Source of the DNA: Mayamaea pseudoterrestris | Lineage: Eukaryota | Length of the DNA stretch: 64,000 bases | NCBI GenBank assembly: GCA_027923505.1 | Contig: BROI01000001.1 | Location: 1,674,001 to 1,738,000, forward strand | Reading direction: 5' to 3' | Part shown: piece by piece, positions 1-11,345 of the stretch | Layout: each line of letters opens with the position of its first letter | Numbering within the stretch: position 1 is the stretch's first letter | Translations under genes and position numbers: made by a program | Notes under the pieces: generated by a model | Databases searched by the model: none | What the model was told of the DNA's origin: nothing | Seen by the model: only the letters and a program-made list of their open reading frames with translations

Positions 1-181
1 CCCGCACCACACTGTGGTCGTCGGTGTACAGTATTGTACACTTTATTTGACAGTACTACACTACATTGCGTCCATGAACTGCATGCATTTTCGCCACCAT
101 GCTTGGAACTGCACATGGGTTCATGACCATGGCCAATTGATGATATACCAGACTCTGTATTCACGTCATGACTAAATAGAT

Positions 182-1392
182 ATGTTCGAAGACAAATTTG
201 TTAATGCAACTATTTCCATTCTCGGCGTGGCCGAAATGGTCCGGATTGTGCAAACAGCGTCGGAGACGGTAGGTGATTGTTGCGTGATTCTTTGCATTCG
301 TTTCACAGCTTGAACGAGCTGTAAAGTACATTCATTGCTAAAAATATTATCATCCTTAACACAGACGTCGGAAACATCCAATTCACATCTGACCGCTCCA
401 GAGTTTGCAGAACGGTGGTGTGGCACCTTCATTGGTCAAGAGCCCAAGCAGCGAGAAAAGGCCGAGCAGCTGAGCAAGGCCTTCCATTGCATAAACCCTT
501 TAAACGAGATGTGGAACGGCCTGACCACGGTTTCGGACAACAAAAATCCTTTTCGAAAAGTAAAAGTGTAATGCTGTATACTATTATTCCGAAAGAGGAG
601 TCGTGATGGAATTGGAAAAGGTTTCATGATCGCTACCAAGGATATGGTTGATGGCAAACGATGGCTTGATTGACACTGGGCTCTTGCCGGAAAGCCAAAA
701 GGACTTCAGCAAGCTTCTTTGCATTTGATGTTTCCACTTGACTTTCCAGCTGTCGAAGGTCATCACGTCAACCTCCAGCCAGCAAGTGGCGCTCGCGTCA
801 CTTTCTTTGAAGGCAACAAGGAGTTGGAGATTGGTAAGCACAATGAACTACCTGCGAGTTTTGATGGTTTGTATCTAATACCTTTTCTACTGCAGCTGCT
901 AACTTATCAATTGTGGGTTGGGTGGTTATGGACAAACTACTTGATGAGATGGACCTGGAATCCGAGGTATGAATTGTTATTACGCTTACCAAGTTCTTGT
1001 TTGGATCTTAACATTTATATCTGCCTCTCCATTCTCATCTTTAGACTAATTTGCGAAGTTGGCACGCACCTTGGATGAATGCTGTCCTTGCCAAGAGCGA
1101 TGGGTTTGAAGCAACAGTCGATGGGCATCCATGGAATCTCTTTCGGCAACCTTTTATTTCTTTTACGGCGTTCTGTTGCCTGTACTACGCAGTGAAACAT
1201 GTTCGCTGCGGCAGCGAAACTTCCCAAGTGCCAGACATTTTTGAATTTGGATATAACCTTGCTATTTTGGACCGAGCAGATGGCACCGCATGGCTTCGCA
1301 ATCATTTCAATTTGATCAGCAGGTTTGATGAACAAAAGCAATCACTTCGCAGCATCCTTCCTGTGCTTTTCAATGCTCAAGTTGATAATTAG
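182..1392 (+). pseudogene. Spliced gene of unknown function with premature stops
   Basis: One reading frame can be rebuilt across three GT-AG introns (269-364, 834-895, 967-1044), joining the ORF fragments at 335, 719 and 1051. In-frame TAA (569-571) and TGA (~671) interrupt it. No recognisable domain. Confidence 0.55.
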
Positions 1393-2146
1393 TGATTTTT
1401 ATTCAATTATTGCGATGGTATCGGTCAGTCAATGCAGCTCATTGCGCAGCATTGTTTGGTTTGGAAACGCTGCACGCCGATATATTTCGCACTGAAGTAG
1501 AGTATCCTTTCTTGAACATAATCTTGATCAATGGAAGCGCATGATTTACAATGTATGAATTGCTTAACAGTAAATCTACACTGCTAATTCGTCAATCATC
1601 TGTAGATCAAGGACCTGGATGCATGATTGAAAACTCAGTGCACGTGTCTTGTGAGACATGAGCTATGCATTGAACCAAAAATGTCTGTAGCATCACTTGT
1701 TTAAGTTTGATGGAAGCAAATGAATCTGCTTCCATCCTGTCAGTAGCTTTGATGTGTTTGGTATAGGAACACGTTTTGGGAACTTGTCCCATACATTCTA
1801 GTCATGTCAAGTGCCTGCTGGTACAGGCGGTAGAGCAGACTGTCAGTAACAATCATCGGGCAGTTTCAGCTGCACTGCGAGCAACAATAAAGCCACATAG
1901 ACTGCTGCGTAGATTGTTAACCACTATGCAGTACAACATTGAGCTATTAGTATTATAAGGTGTTGGCTGGATGTCGGAATTAACTTGATAGAAACAACTC
2001 TCAAGTGCTTGTACTTACTAGCATTGTTTCTGGCCATTGCGGTAACGAATGAGACAAAAGAACTAAAGTGAAGAAATCCTATATACAAAGTGGTTAAGCC
2101 CCATTTGTTGTCCAGTTATATATATAATTTACGTTACGCCTCCTCG

Positions 2147-3720
2147 TTATCGTGCCCGCGCCCTTGCTGGTAACATAGTGGGTGCTTTGACAGAATCGGG
2201 GTTGTCAATCAAGTCAACGAGATCATTCGCACCACTTCTGGCATTGGCAGCTGCTGTGGCTGCTGTTGAAGCCAATGCCGAAGCTCTTGCAACTGTCGCT
2301 GCTGCTCTTGCAACTGTTGTTGTGTCTGTCGCTCCCGCTCTTGCGCCAGTTGCTCCCACTCTTGCGCCCGTTGCCGTCATCATTTTGTATTTCCATAACC
2401 TTCATGACCATTCCAAGGACCTGGTTGGTCTTGTCATCATTTTCTTTCTGTTGAAGTCACATCTTATCAAGCTCGCGTTGCTGATAGTGGACCATCACTT
2501 GTTGGTCGGGGTGCGGAATCCCCTGAAGGCCACCTCTTGGTAAAAATTCGCTTCGCTGCGCTCTCAACACTTCTGTAAGCTCCTCCTCAGTTAATCGTAA
2601 ATTTCGTGGAGGAGGCGGAGAAGGAGTGAGGTTGAAGAATGTGTTTGGTCCAGAGTCTTCTGACTCATCATCAGCTTTGGCAGATAATAAGCAAAAGGAT
2701 TGAAAAGGTTTGAGTCTAATGAATCAATGCAACACGAACTGGCAATACTCAACTCGTACCTTCCGCTGCCTTCTCTTCCGGAGATGACTTTCTGCCATTG
2801 TCATCATTGCTGGCAGGTGCAGCAGCCGGAGCAGGAGAGGCAGTTGCCATGTCGCGTGGCACTGGTGGTGATTGGTACTGATGAGAGATGGTCAGCGAAG
2901 AAGCACTTGTATTATTGCGTTTTGGCGTTTCGTTGGCCAACACATTGTCAAGGATGCTGTCCGTCTCAAAAAAACGAAAAGGAACTTGGCAGAAGAATGC
3001 AACCAACTCCGACCGAGGTGTCAATCTTGGAAAGCAGTTCTGCTCGCTAGACTGGCTGGTTGGTGGTGCCCGTCTTGCGGTTCGCTTTGTCCAGACACCC
3101 CAAACCCACTGCGTCCAACATCCAATGATCTGCTGAATTCCAGTTTTCCAAATTTCATCTATTGTCTTTGTGCAACTGACGAGCCCATCCAACAAGCAGT
3201 TTTAGCTTATCCTTGGTGTATTCTTCATGGAGTACCTCCATCACAACATTGCTGGCCAAGTTGAATCGCTCTGCGTATGCGCCAATTTAATTTTCCCAAT
3301 CAACAATTGTGGCATCACGTCTAACCTGATTCTTTTGCTATAATGAGAAGGAGACGATTCGATCAGTGTGATGTTCATACCGAGAACATGCTTGCGTAGT
3401 GCAATTTGAGAATCCAGTTGCCTTGATCTGCGACTCACCTTGTCGAGGAAATCAAGAAGTTCAAAGCTAATTGGTCCCCATGCTGTCTTTACCACCAACT
3501 TGTCGTAAATCATATTGATTCCTTTTAGAGGAGCAAAGGGTGGGTTGCCTTTGTTCAATTTCAAATTTGTGTGCTGGCGTTTTGAATCTTCCTTCGCTAT
3601 CGTGCATGCATGCAGCTTTCACGGTTTCGCCGATGCGCCTGCCAAGGTGGATCACATTCTCTTGCCCTCTTGTTAAGCCTATAAACTTCCACAATCGTGG
3701 TGGGAGGTTTCATGCTTCTA
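2147..3720 (-). pseudogene. Degenerate minus-strand coding remnant of unknown function
   Basis: Chain of minus-strand ORF fragments (3467-3694, 3241-3564, 2749-3195, 2147-2383) and a plausible intron at ~2674-2759. Low-complexity Ala/Thr tail. Confidence 0.3.
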
Positions 3721-4099
3721 CTTGAACATGAATGGGAAAGATTCACCAGCTGGCGCAAGCAGCTTATGAATCAGATATTGACCAAGCGATCTTTGCATAT
3801 TCCCGCAGTAGGTAGATGCAAAAGAAACCAGTGAGAAAATTAGCTTGAAAGGTCAGAGTGACGTATCAGTGTAATTGCCCCCATGACTAAGGAGGCTATA
3901 AATACTCGATTCAGGCTTTTATTATTTTTATTCACGTTTACTTAAACCCTCCTAGGTTTATTGCATTCACGTGCATGTGCAGGAGCGCCGTCGGAACATC
4001 ATTGTTATTACCGAAAAGGATCTCACAATCTTTGGGAAGCAATCTTGACTCTTGGCAGATTCATCGAAGGTTCAGAAAGCAATCCATCACATCCATCGT

Positions 4100-4428
4100 T
4101 GACACGATAATATCAGACGAACCTTTATTCCAGCGACTACAATGGACTAGGAGCGATCAACCTCTTCGTCCAGCGTAAAGCAAACAAACAAACTCAATTG
4201 CTAGAATAGTGCATGTTACTCGCTACTCTACTCGTGCGCTTCTTTCTCGTTCTCACTGGGTTCACGGTCGAGGTTCACGCCTCGATCGTCAGCGATTTCA
4301 CTCATGTATGTGAGGATTCGGTCACAAGTGTGACTCAACCCTGCACAGGATTAAATGCATACAAAACACAGGTAGCTAACCGTCTTGTCATAAGACGCAG
4401 GTCAACTCAACTCAATAATATTGTGTCA
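4100..4428 (-). repeat. Family-1 3' LTR (329 bp, TGACAC...GTGTCA)
   Basis: Near-identical to 11346-11674, 15340-15668 and 58969-59297. Has 6-bp terminal inverted repeats and an adjacent polypurine tract GATCAAGGGGGA on the minus strand. Confidence 0.95.
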
Positions 4429-4439
4429 TCCCCCTTGAT

Positions 4440-5027
4440 CTAGGCTTGTGACAACGATCGGTTTGCCGTATCACCCTTCCAGAAAAGAATCGGAATGATC
4501 AGGGGTCGGAACGTGGCATGTGGCAAGAACTTGGTAAGAACGTCGGCGACGTTCTGCTTGCCGAAGATGTGCTCAAAGTACAGAACATTGCTTGCAATGG
4601 CCTCGCGAACTCGGTGGTAGGCGAGCGCATTGTGTCGCTTAGAAAGTGTGGAGTGTGGGATCGTTGACGACTTCTTGACACCTTCGTTGTCGCCGAACAT
4701 CCAGGCTGGTCCACTCAAAGGAACTCCCAACATCCGTAGGGAGTACCGGAAATCCATAATCTGTTCCGTCGCGGTCTTGGCGACGACGAACTCGGATCCA
4801 TACGTTGCAGTCTCAACAGTATTCTGACGCTTGCAGAACCATTCGACGGGCGTCTGGTTCAGGAAATGCAGGACTCCCATTGCGGAACGTCCAGTAGTGT
4901 AATCATGGTACAGGTTCGCGTCCATAAAGGTAGTTAGTTGCACAGGCTTGCCCTTCGGGATCGGCATGTTCCACGGAAGCTCTTCGCTTGAGTTGCCGTA
5001 GACCGATTGCAACCAATCATACTGCAC
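4440..5027 (-). CDS. Copia RNase H (C-terminus of Pol)
   Basis: Motifs FMDANLYHD..TGRS, ETATYGSEF, GDN, KRHNALAYHRVRE and NVADVLTK. The stop codon abuts the PPT. Confidence 0.92.
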   Translation of the reverse strand: MQYDWLQSVYGNSSEELPWNMPIPKGKPVQLTTFMDANLYHDYTTGRSAMGVLHFLNQTPVEWFCKRQNTVETATYGSEFVVAKTATEQIMDFRYSLRMLGVPLSGPAWMFGDNEGVKKSSTIPHSTLSKRHNALAYHRVREAIASNVLYFEHIFGKQNVADVLTKFLPHATFRPLIIPILFWKGDTANRSLSQA

Positions 5028-5441
5028 TGGCAGTTCGGTAGGTCAAGTTTGGGTTCCCCGTGCGGATCGACGAGCAGATGTCAAGGACACAAGTCTTCGC
5101 CATGGAGAACATGCTGTAATTGAAGGCGCGCGGTCAGGCCGAGTGAAGGCTTGTGGATCTTTGGGGTTGCTGGAAATGGCAACACTTGCAGCAGATGGCT
5201 CTTATGTGACTCATGTCCACACATGGCATTTAGCTACTGTAACCACTTGGATGGCTCATTTTGTATGTGTGCGGCAAACACATATGTGACAGCCTCCAAC
5301 TATAAATTTTTTATGGCAGTCGTATGAACCTTGGACACATTATATACTACAACCTTTTCATGCTTAATAAATAAATCCATTACATGGTCTGGAATACATT
5401 ATTTCCCATCCATTCACTCACCATTTGTGAAGCTTGCAGCA

Positions 5442-6394
5442 CTACATATTATTGTAATTTACATTAAACAAGGGCTCACCATTCTCAATTGCAAGCTGAG
5501 TGACTACGGCAACAGCACGGAACATTGAAGATTGCTTTGACGGATCATGCCGAAAGACTTGCTTCAAGCAGCCCCATTGCTTAAAACGCTTGTTCACGGT
5601 TTCATGCCTCGCCTGCACTCGCTTGATCAAGGAAACACGCGCAGCGCCTTCAGCAAACCGATGCGGTGCAACCACAAACTGAGGACACTCTCCAGCATAT
5701 CCATCATCAGCCTCCACCCGTTCACCTTGGCTCAGCATTCCCTTCAAAGCCTGGCGGAAAATCTTGATGTCGGGCCATTCACCACAAGGAAACGGTCCAG
5801 AAATCCACACAATATGACCTGTAAGAATGCAAAGCGCAACTTCCCAGCACAGGCCTGGCCCATTAAATTTATGGGAGTACCACCCTGTCCAAAATGGCTG
5901 AAACTGTTGAATGCGAAAGTCAGTGCCATCCACTGAAACAAGGCAATCATTTCCAACGTCATTTTGAAGGCGGTTTTCCCAAAGAATCTGTGGAGCAGCA
6001 TGGCAATAACAGCATGAGAATTGAAAGAAACAAGTAGACAAATTGGAGCTTTACCAGCCAAACGTACAACTTGATTCTCCAAGAATGAGATTTGATCAAT
6101 GAATAGCCAGCTCCACTTGGAGAAGGTTTTTTCATCGACTCCGCCAGCCAAGGAGACTATTGCACGCTCAGGGAGATAGAGTTTCATATGCATCAAGCCC
6201 CACAACAAATGCTTTGGTTTGGCTCTCTTGTTTATAAACCTTTCAGGTTCAAGTTTGGCCCAAAGGATGCTGCAAATTGCAGGCGTGGTTCCGAATGTTG
6301 AGCGGAAGCGTTGGTCAGTTTGGCCAGTGACGCGGTGGCCATGGCGCGTCATTATTTCATTGCCAATGCCAACAAAATGCTCTAAAGGAACCAT
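5442..6394 (-). CDS. Harbinger/IS5-family DDE transposase; two exons (6394-6068, 5987-5442), 290 aa
   Basis: An 80-nt intron GTACGT...CCACAG (6067-5988) joins the frames with no stops. Motifs VSVDGTDF, WYSHKFNGPG, GPFPCGEWPD, VEADDGY and ARHETVNKRFK. Confidence 0.9.
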
Positions 6395-7213
6395 TCAAGC
6401 TGCTGCACTAGTGACAAGTTAAAAGAAGCTTAGTAAAGTGTGTGGTGCCTCATCAATGGCATGATGGTCCGGACGATCAAGTCTTCGATGCGATGGCATC
6501 GTTCGCGACGGCAAGGAATCGAGCGTGCAAGGCATGCGCGTTGCTTCGCCACGCACTCTTGTGAACGAGCACTTCTCACGGACCACGACACAAATTGACA
6601 TTTTCTACATATGCCTGATACAGTGGCATATGTGCCAAATGACGTCATAAGTGACATATGTGACTCATGCTGACAGGTGTCGCATGTGAGGCATATGTCG
6701 ACATATGTCGCATGTGTCGCATATGTCACATATGCAATTTTTCAAGCAGCATAAAGTCTGCAACAATACAGCTACAACCAAAAAGTAAATAGGTGATTAT
6801 TTACCTCTACCATTGCTTTATCTGATGACATATTGCTGGTTGCAATCAGAGGTTTGTAGGTGACAAAATGCTTGATTGAAAATGGCTGTTTTTCATGCAT
6901 CGACATATGTCGCATGAGTGACACCTGTCGACACGTGTCACATATGTCACTCATGGCAGCAATTGCCCCTGGCGTCACAAGTGATGTCAATGGCGATGAA
7001 AGGCAGATCTAAACAAGATGTCAATTCACTTTCATTGTCCAGTGTGACACGTGTTGCACGGTCAAATGTGACGCGTCGACTGCTGCAGCAATCAAGACTG
7101 CGCGGCCGTGTCATCGCTTGTCACAACAGCGACACCATCAGTCGATCAAACACGAACAAGTTGCTTACTTTCGACCCATTCTCAACAACAACAGCACACA
7201 AAATTACTCAACA

Positions 7214-8376
7214 ATGCCTGCTGGGCGCTGGCAATCAAAGGTTGAAGGAGCTAATCTTTGTGCATTGTTTGATCGGAAGGAAGCTGACCCACACAAGGCA
7301 GACGACACAAACTACATCCACCAAGTCCAGCAGCTCAACAGTCGGCTCTTTGGTCACGTTGAACCCCGCAATTGGCTCAGCAACTACCGGCGCACGGCGC
7401 GAGATTATTTAACAAACAAGCAAGCTCAAGGAGGTCGTCGTCAATCTCTGCCGCCTCCAGTTCTGCCTCCCGGCCATCTTCAACCAAGTGCGCCAGGTAA
7501 GTCGCGACTTGCGAAACATCAAAGTGTCATTTTCAAGCACTCACTCATATTACTTTCTCCATTTCTGCAGACGAGTCAGAAGACGAGTTGTACACCTTGG
7601 CTAGCGACCCGACGGAAGAATTGACGCAGTTTGAAGAAATCGACAGCCAAGAAATCAACAGCATTCTTGGTAGTACCATCATGTCTCATTACAAGCCTTC
7701 CCACAAGCAAGCAGCATGCACCAATGGAACCTTCTACAAGCTCATTTGTGGCCCTTTCACTAATGAGAAAGGAGACGAAGAAATGACCGTTCGGCTGCTT
7801 GCCAACTCTGGCATTGAACCCAAGCATGTACAAGTTCAGCTTTCCAAGGATCATCGCTCATTGCTTGTTTTGCAGCGCGTGCCTAATGAGTTTTTTGACG
7901 CCCAACGCGTTGCAGATGAATCCTTTGGGCCTTGTGCATTGAGTTCCGCGGAGACGGCTGCTTTCCAGCGTGCTGTGCAACAAGTTCGGGCCACCGACAA
8001 GGAATCAGTCTATGTCGGCAGCAGCGACTACATTGACCTCGGACGCAAGGTGGAGCCATTGGCGGAAGGTGCCGTTGAGATTGTAGTTTTGCCAACCGAT
8101 AACGGAAGTGCTTTTCGCTGCATCAAAGTACGCCTCCAGCTGCCACGAACTGGGTACAAGACGCCAAGAGCTCCAACAGTGCGGGTTGTTCAACCGTATA
8201 ACCAGCCAATGCCACCGCTACCTCCAGTGCAAGGAGACGAAGCTGCGCAAGCAGCTCCAAGAGGAGTTGGTTTTGCAATTGAACAAGTGTTGAATTTGGC
8301 TGCTGCAGCTTTTATACTTGCTCTGTCATTTTATTTTGCGTTCTTGGGCAGCTCTGGTTGGCTGCGCTTACTGTAA
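7214..8376 (+). CDS. Harbinger accessory protein (ORF2); two exons (7214-7496, 7571-8376), 362 aa
   Basis: A 74-nt intron GTAAGT...CTGCAG (7497-7570, phase 1) joins the two ORFs in frame. The gene lies inside the TIRs, divergent from the transposase. It has a helical N-terminus, a beta-rich middle and a hydrophobic C-terminal tail. Confidence 0.82.
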
Positions 8377-8495
8377 AGATGTTTTTAATCTAAACACTGA
8401 TAGTTTGTATATGTTAACTATCCTCTTTACTTTAAAATATGCCAGCAGTAACTTAAGTTTATCTTGTGACACGTGATTCACTTTCCGGCAACCCC

Positions 8496-9340
8496 TTTCA
8501 TGGCCATAGCCAGATTGTCGACGAACACGCCGACGTACTCGTAGTGAGTGCCACAGTCTTTCATCCAGACGTCAGGATCCGCGTAGCTTGGGTAGAATCC
8601 AATGTCGCGGAGTGTGTCGGCAAAGTGCTCATGCCAACGCGCGCCAGAAGTGCGCAATCCGTAAAGTGCCTTGTAGATGACCAAGGTATGGCCTTCCAAT
8701 GGTCCAAACTCGGGACCGGCAACAATGTAGACCTTTTCCTTGGTCTTGGCCTCGAGGTAGGCGTTACCGACATCGGCAGCCCAAAACTTGAGGTCGTTCA
8801 GTTCAGCTAACAGTGCTATGGTTCGAATGCTTCGCATAGATACAACGCCGGAGTAGGCGGAGTCCTTGGGCGGAGCGGTCAGATGTCCCCCGGCGACGAG
8901 TCGGGCCTTACGTCGTAGATCGTTCTTGCAGTCGAAAACAAGATGCGCGTTGATGCGCTTCCAGTCACTTTCCATGAAGGCACCGATGCCCTTGTCGATG
9001 AAAGTGTCGTACTCGTGTAGCTGCTCCATCTCAGTCTTGACGGCGTCAGCCCACAGGGTGTTTCCATTAGCAGCGTCGAGGCGGTTCGCTTCCTTCCAGG
9101 TATTAGGAACTTGAACGCCAAACTTGAAACGCGCTTCTTGGACACGGTTCTTCTTTGCAGCCTTGCACATGCGGTTAAACAATTTAGTGCGTCCTGCCAT
9201 GCGCTTCAAGCGCTTCCATCCATCCTTGTCCAGCATGCCCTTGCGCTTGCCATACTTGGCGACGGTCACAGGGTCGGACTTGATGATCAATGCGAGTGGC
9301 TCCCAGGTCTTCTCGCCATTTGCCCATTGGATGAGCAAGT
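8496..9340 (-). pseudogene. Copia reverse transcriptase fragment (copy A)
   Basis: Motifs KARLVAGGH, ADVGNAYL and KALYGLRTSGARW. The catalytic motif reads FVDN here but FVDD in copy C. Confidence 0.9.
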
Positions 9341-11331
9341 TGTAGGATGAGCCGCGATACGTAGCGTCGGCTTGTGTCAGTGGACCTTCATGTCCGTCAA
9401 TGAAATCAAACTTGTAGTACTGGTCGTCATTGTCACGTCCCGCCGGTAGGTAATCTTGCCGCTCGCACAGGTCGGCTAGTTCGTTGTAGGTTATAAGCTC
9501 ATCGACGTCGCGTCAGCCGTGACTCAATCGAACTTGATGATCTTGTGGTTGACTTCATCGCGATCGTTGTTGCTCGAGTAACCTTTGTAACGTCGCGTGG
9601 CAGCCGTCTTCCTCGTCCAAGAAGGACCCAGTGCGCCTCCCATCAGTTCAGCCCGGAGGACGGCATGGGTCGTCGGGGATCCAGACCGCTCTTCGGCAGA
9701 AGCGCTTTCCATGATCGTCTTCATCCACGGTTCCCCCAGAATCGGGCGCTGGGGGTCGGTGTGGTCGTGTTCAAACACCGGAGCGGCTAGATCCTCGAAT
9801 GAAGTCTTCGAGCGCCTTGGGCATGTCACTCTCGGTTCTCAGTGGGTATCCCCTCGTCAGCAGACTCTTCTTGCCAACGAACAGTTGCATCATCTTGCAT
9901 CCGCCATGGCCGCGGATTCCGTCGTTAAAGGCGGCTTCCTTGGAAAACCAGGTATCTGTCGCCGTATCGTCATGGAAACGAACCACATTGGCGGCAGGGA
10001 ATCGCGACTTAAAGTGTTGGCGAAATGGGGTGTGTGCCGATGCACGGAAAAGCTGTGTCGTATTCTTAATGGTGCGCTTGACTCGTTCGAGTGGCGTGTA
10101 GCCAAGGTAGGGTCGAAGCGCTTGGTAGTCAGGTTCTTGTGGCATTATGCGTCGTGCATTGGCTTGGCGCGTCGTATCAGCCTGATTGCGATCGACATAC
10201 TGCACCACACGTTCCACTGAGTTCATTGTTGTTTCGGTAGGTGGCGTCGCCAGAAGTCATCCATGCGGCGTCGACGGCCGTGTTCTTCTTCCAATTCGTC
10301 GAGCGGCGATTAAACTCAAGTTCTTCTTCGTTCCATTCATTATCCGCTCCGCTCCGGATCCCAAGGGGTGTCCGCACAGAAAATGACCGTCGGATACATT
10401 TCAACTGCGTCCGTCGGCGGACATATCCATACGAGGCAAGCCGTCACGGATCGCCAAGGGGATGGACTGCCACAACTGGTGCAATGGCTTGTGCTCCATT
10501 CTGGGAGCGAGCTGGCGTATTCGTCCTCGTTAAGTCGGCCGAGTTGTTAAATGCGACATGTACGACCAAAGTTACAGCAACTGTTCAAAGTTCAGATAAT
10601 CACCAGGGATCGTTCCCGATGCCTTGCGTACCGGCTGCTGGGAGTGGCGGAAAGGCCTCGTCCTCCCGCTTGTATCTCGCTTCGTCTTGAGGTTCGCCGC
10701 CTTGTCTTCTCTTTTCGGCCTTCTCGGCCTTCATTCTCATTTTCAGTTCTTGCAGCTCGGCTTGCTTCTTCTTGGCTCGAGGACATAGTTCCTTCTTCCG
10801 CTTCGCGTTCTTTTCGCGCCAACTTGTATCGCTCCTTGCCTAAATCAAGCGCCCCCTTCGTGGGGTGTGCTGGTAAACCATTCGCTGCATCGAGGACAAG
10901 GTTCGCGTAACTGGTTGTGTGGGCGCCTCGCTTCCGCCTGTCGGTTGCGCGCCTTCGGGTTGTCCGCCAGCTTGCTTGCCCAGTAGGGGGCTTCAAGTTG
11001 CTCCTTGGTCAATCTCAACATCTGGGTAGTGGTGGTTACATTCCAAAACAAGAACGCTTCTTGGATGTCTCGTCCGAAAACGTTCGTGCAGAGAAGCTGC
11101 AAAGCTTCCGCAGTAATCGCAACCATGATAGTGAATACCTCGCTTTCCGCAAGTCCTTTCTTACACAACAACCGCTCTCAATGCAGTCGAGCTTTATACG
11201 ATCCTGTTCTACGCGCTCGTGCCAAGTATTCGGATTGACGACGCCGCAAGGAATCTGCTCTTTCTCTCTCAATTTCTCGATTCATTTACTCTCTCTCTTT
11301 CGCACAGCTCTCTCAGGTCAAGACAAGCTAG

Positions 11332-11345
11332 CAAGACTGTTAATC
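11332..11345 (-). promoter_or_regulatory. Primer-binding site GATTAACAGTCTTG (family 1)
   Basis: Immediately internal to the 5' LTR. The same 14-mer abuts the different family-2 LTR at 19709-19722. Confidence 0.8.

Larger units (their letters stand above)
5163..8495. mobile_element. Complete PIF/Harbinger-type DNA transposon (3,333 bp)
   Basis: TIRs GGGGTTGCTGGAAA (5163-5176) and TTTCCGGCAACCCC (8482-8495) match at 13/14. The 3-bp TSD is TTT (5160-5162, 8496-8498). Removing the element restores the copia RT sequence GGATCTTTCATGGCC seen intact at ~60365. Confidence 0.93.

Noticed and set aside
4213..4443. Recurrent 70-84 aa ORF (MLLATLLVRFF...)
   Set aside because: It lies antisense within the LTR, recurs only because the LTR does, and its ATG is lost in the 58969 copy.
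9400..11000. Programmed frameshifts or novel small proteins in scrambled pol/gag (also 5040-5160, 16100-18600, 59880-60020)
   Set aside because: Dense small indels relative to clean copies look like uncorrected long-read error or decay, not recoding signals.
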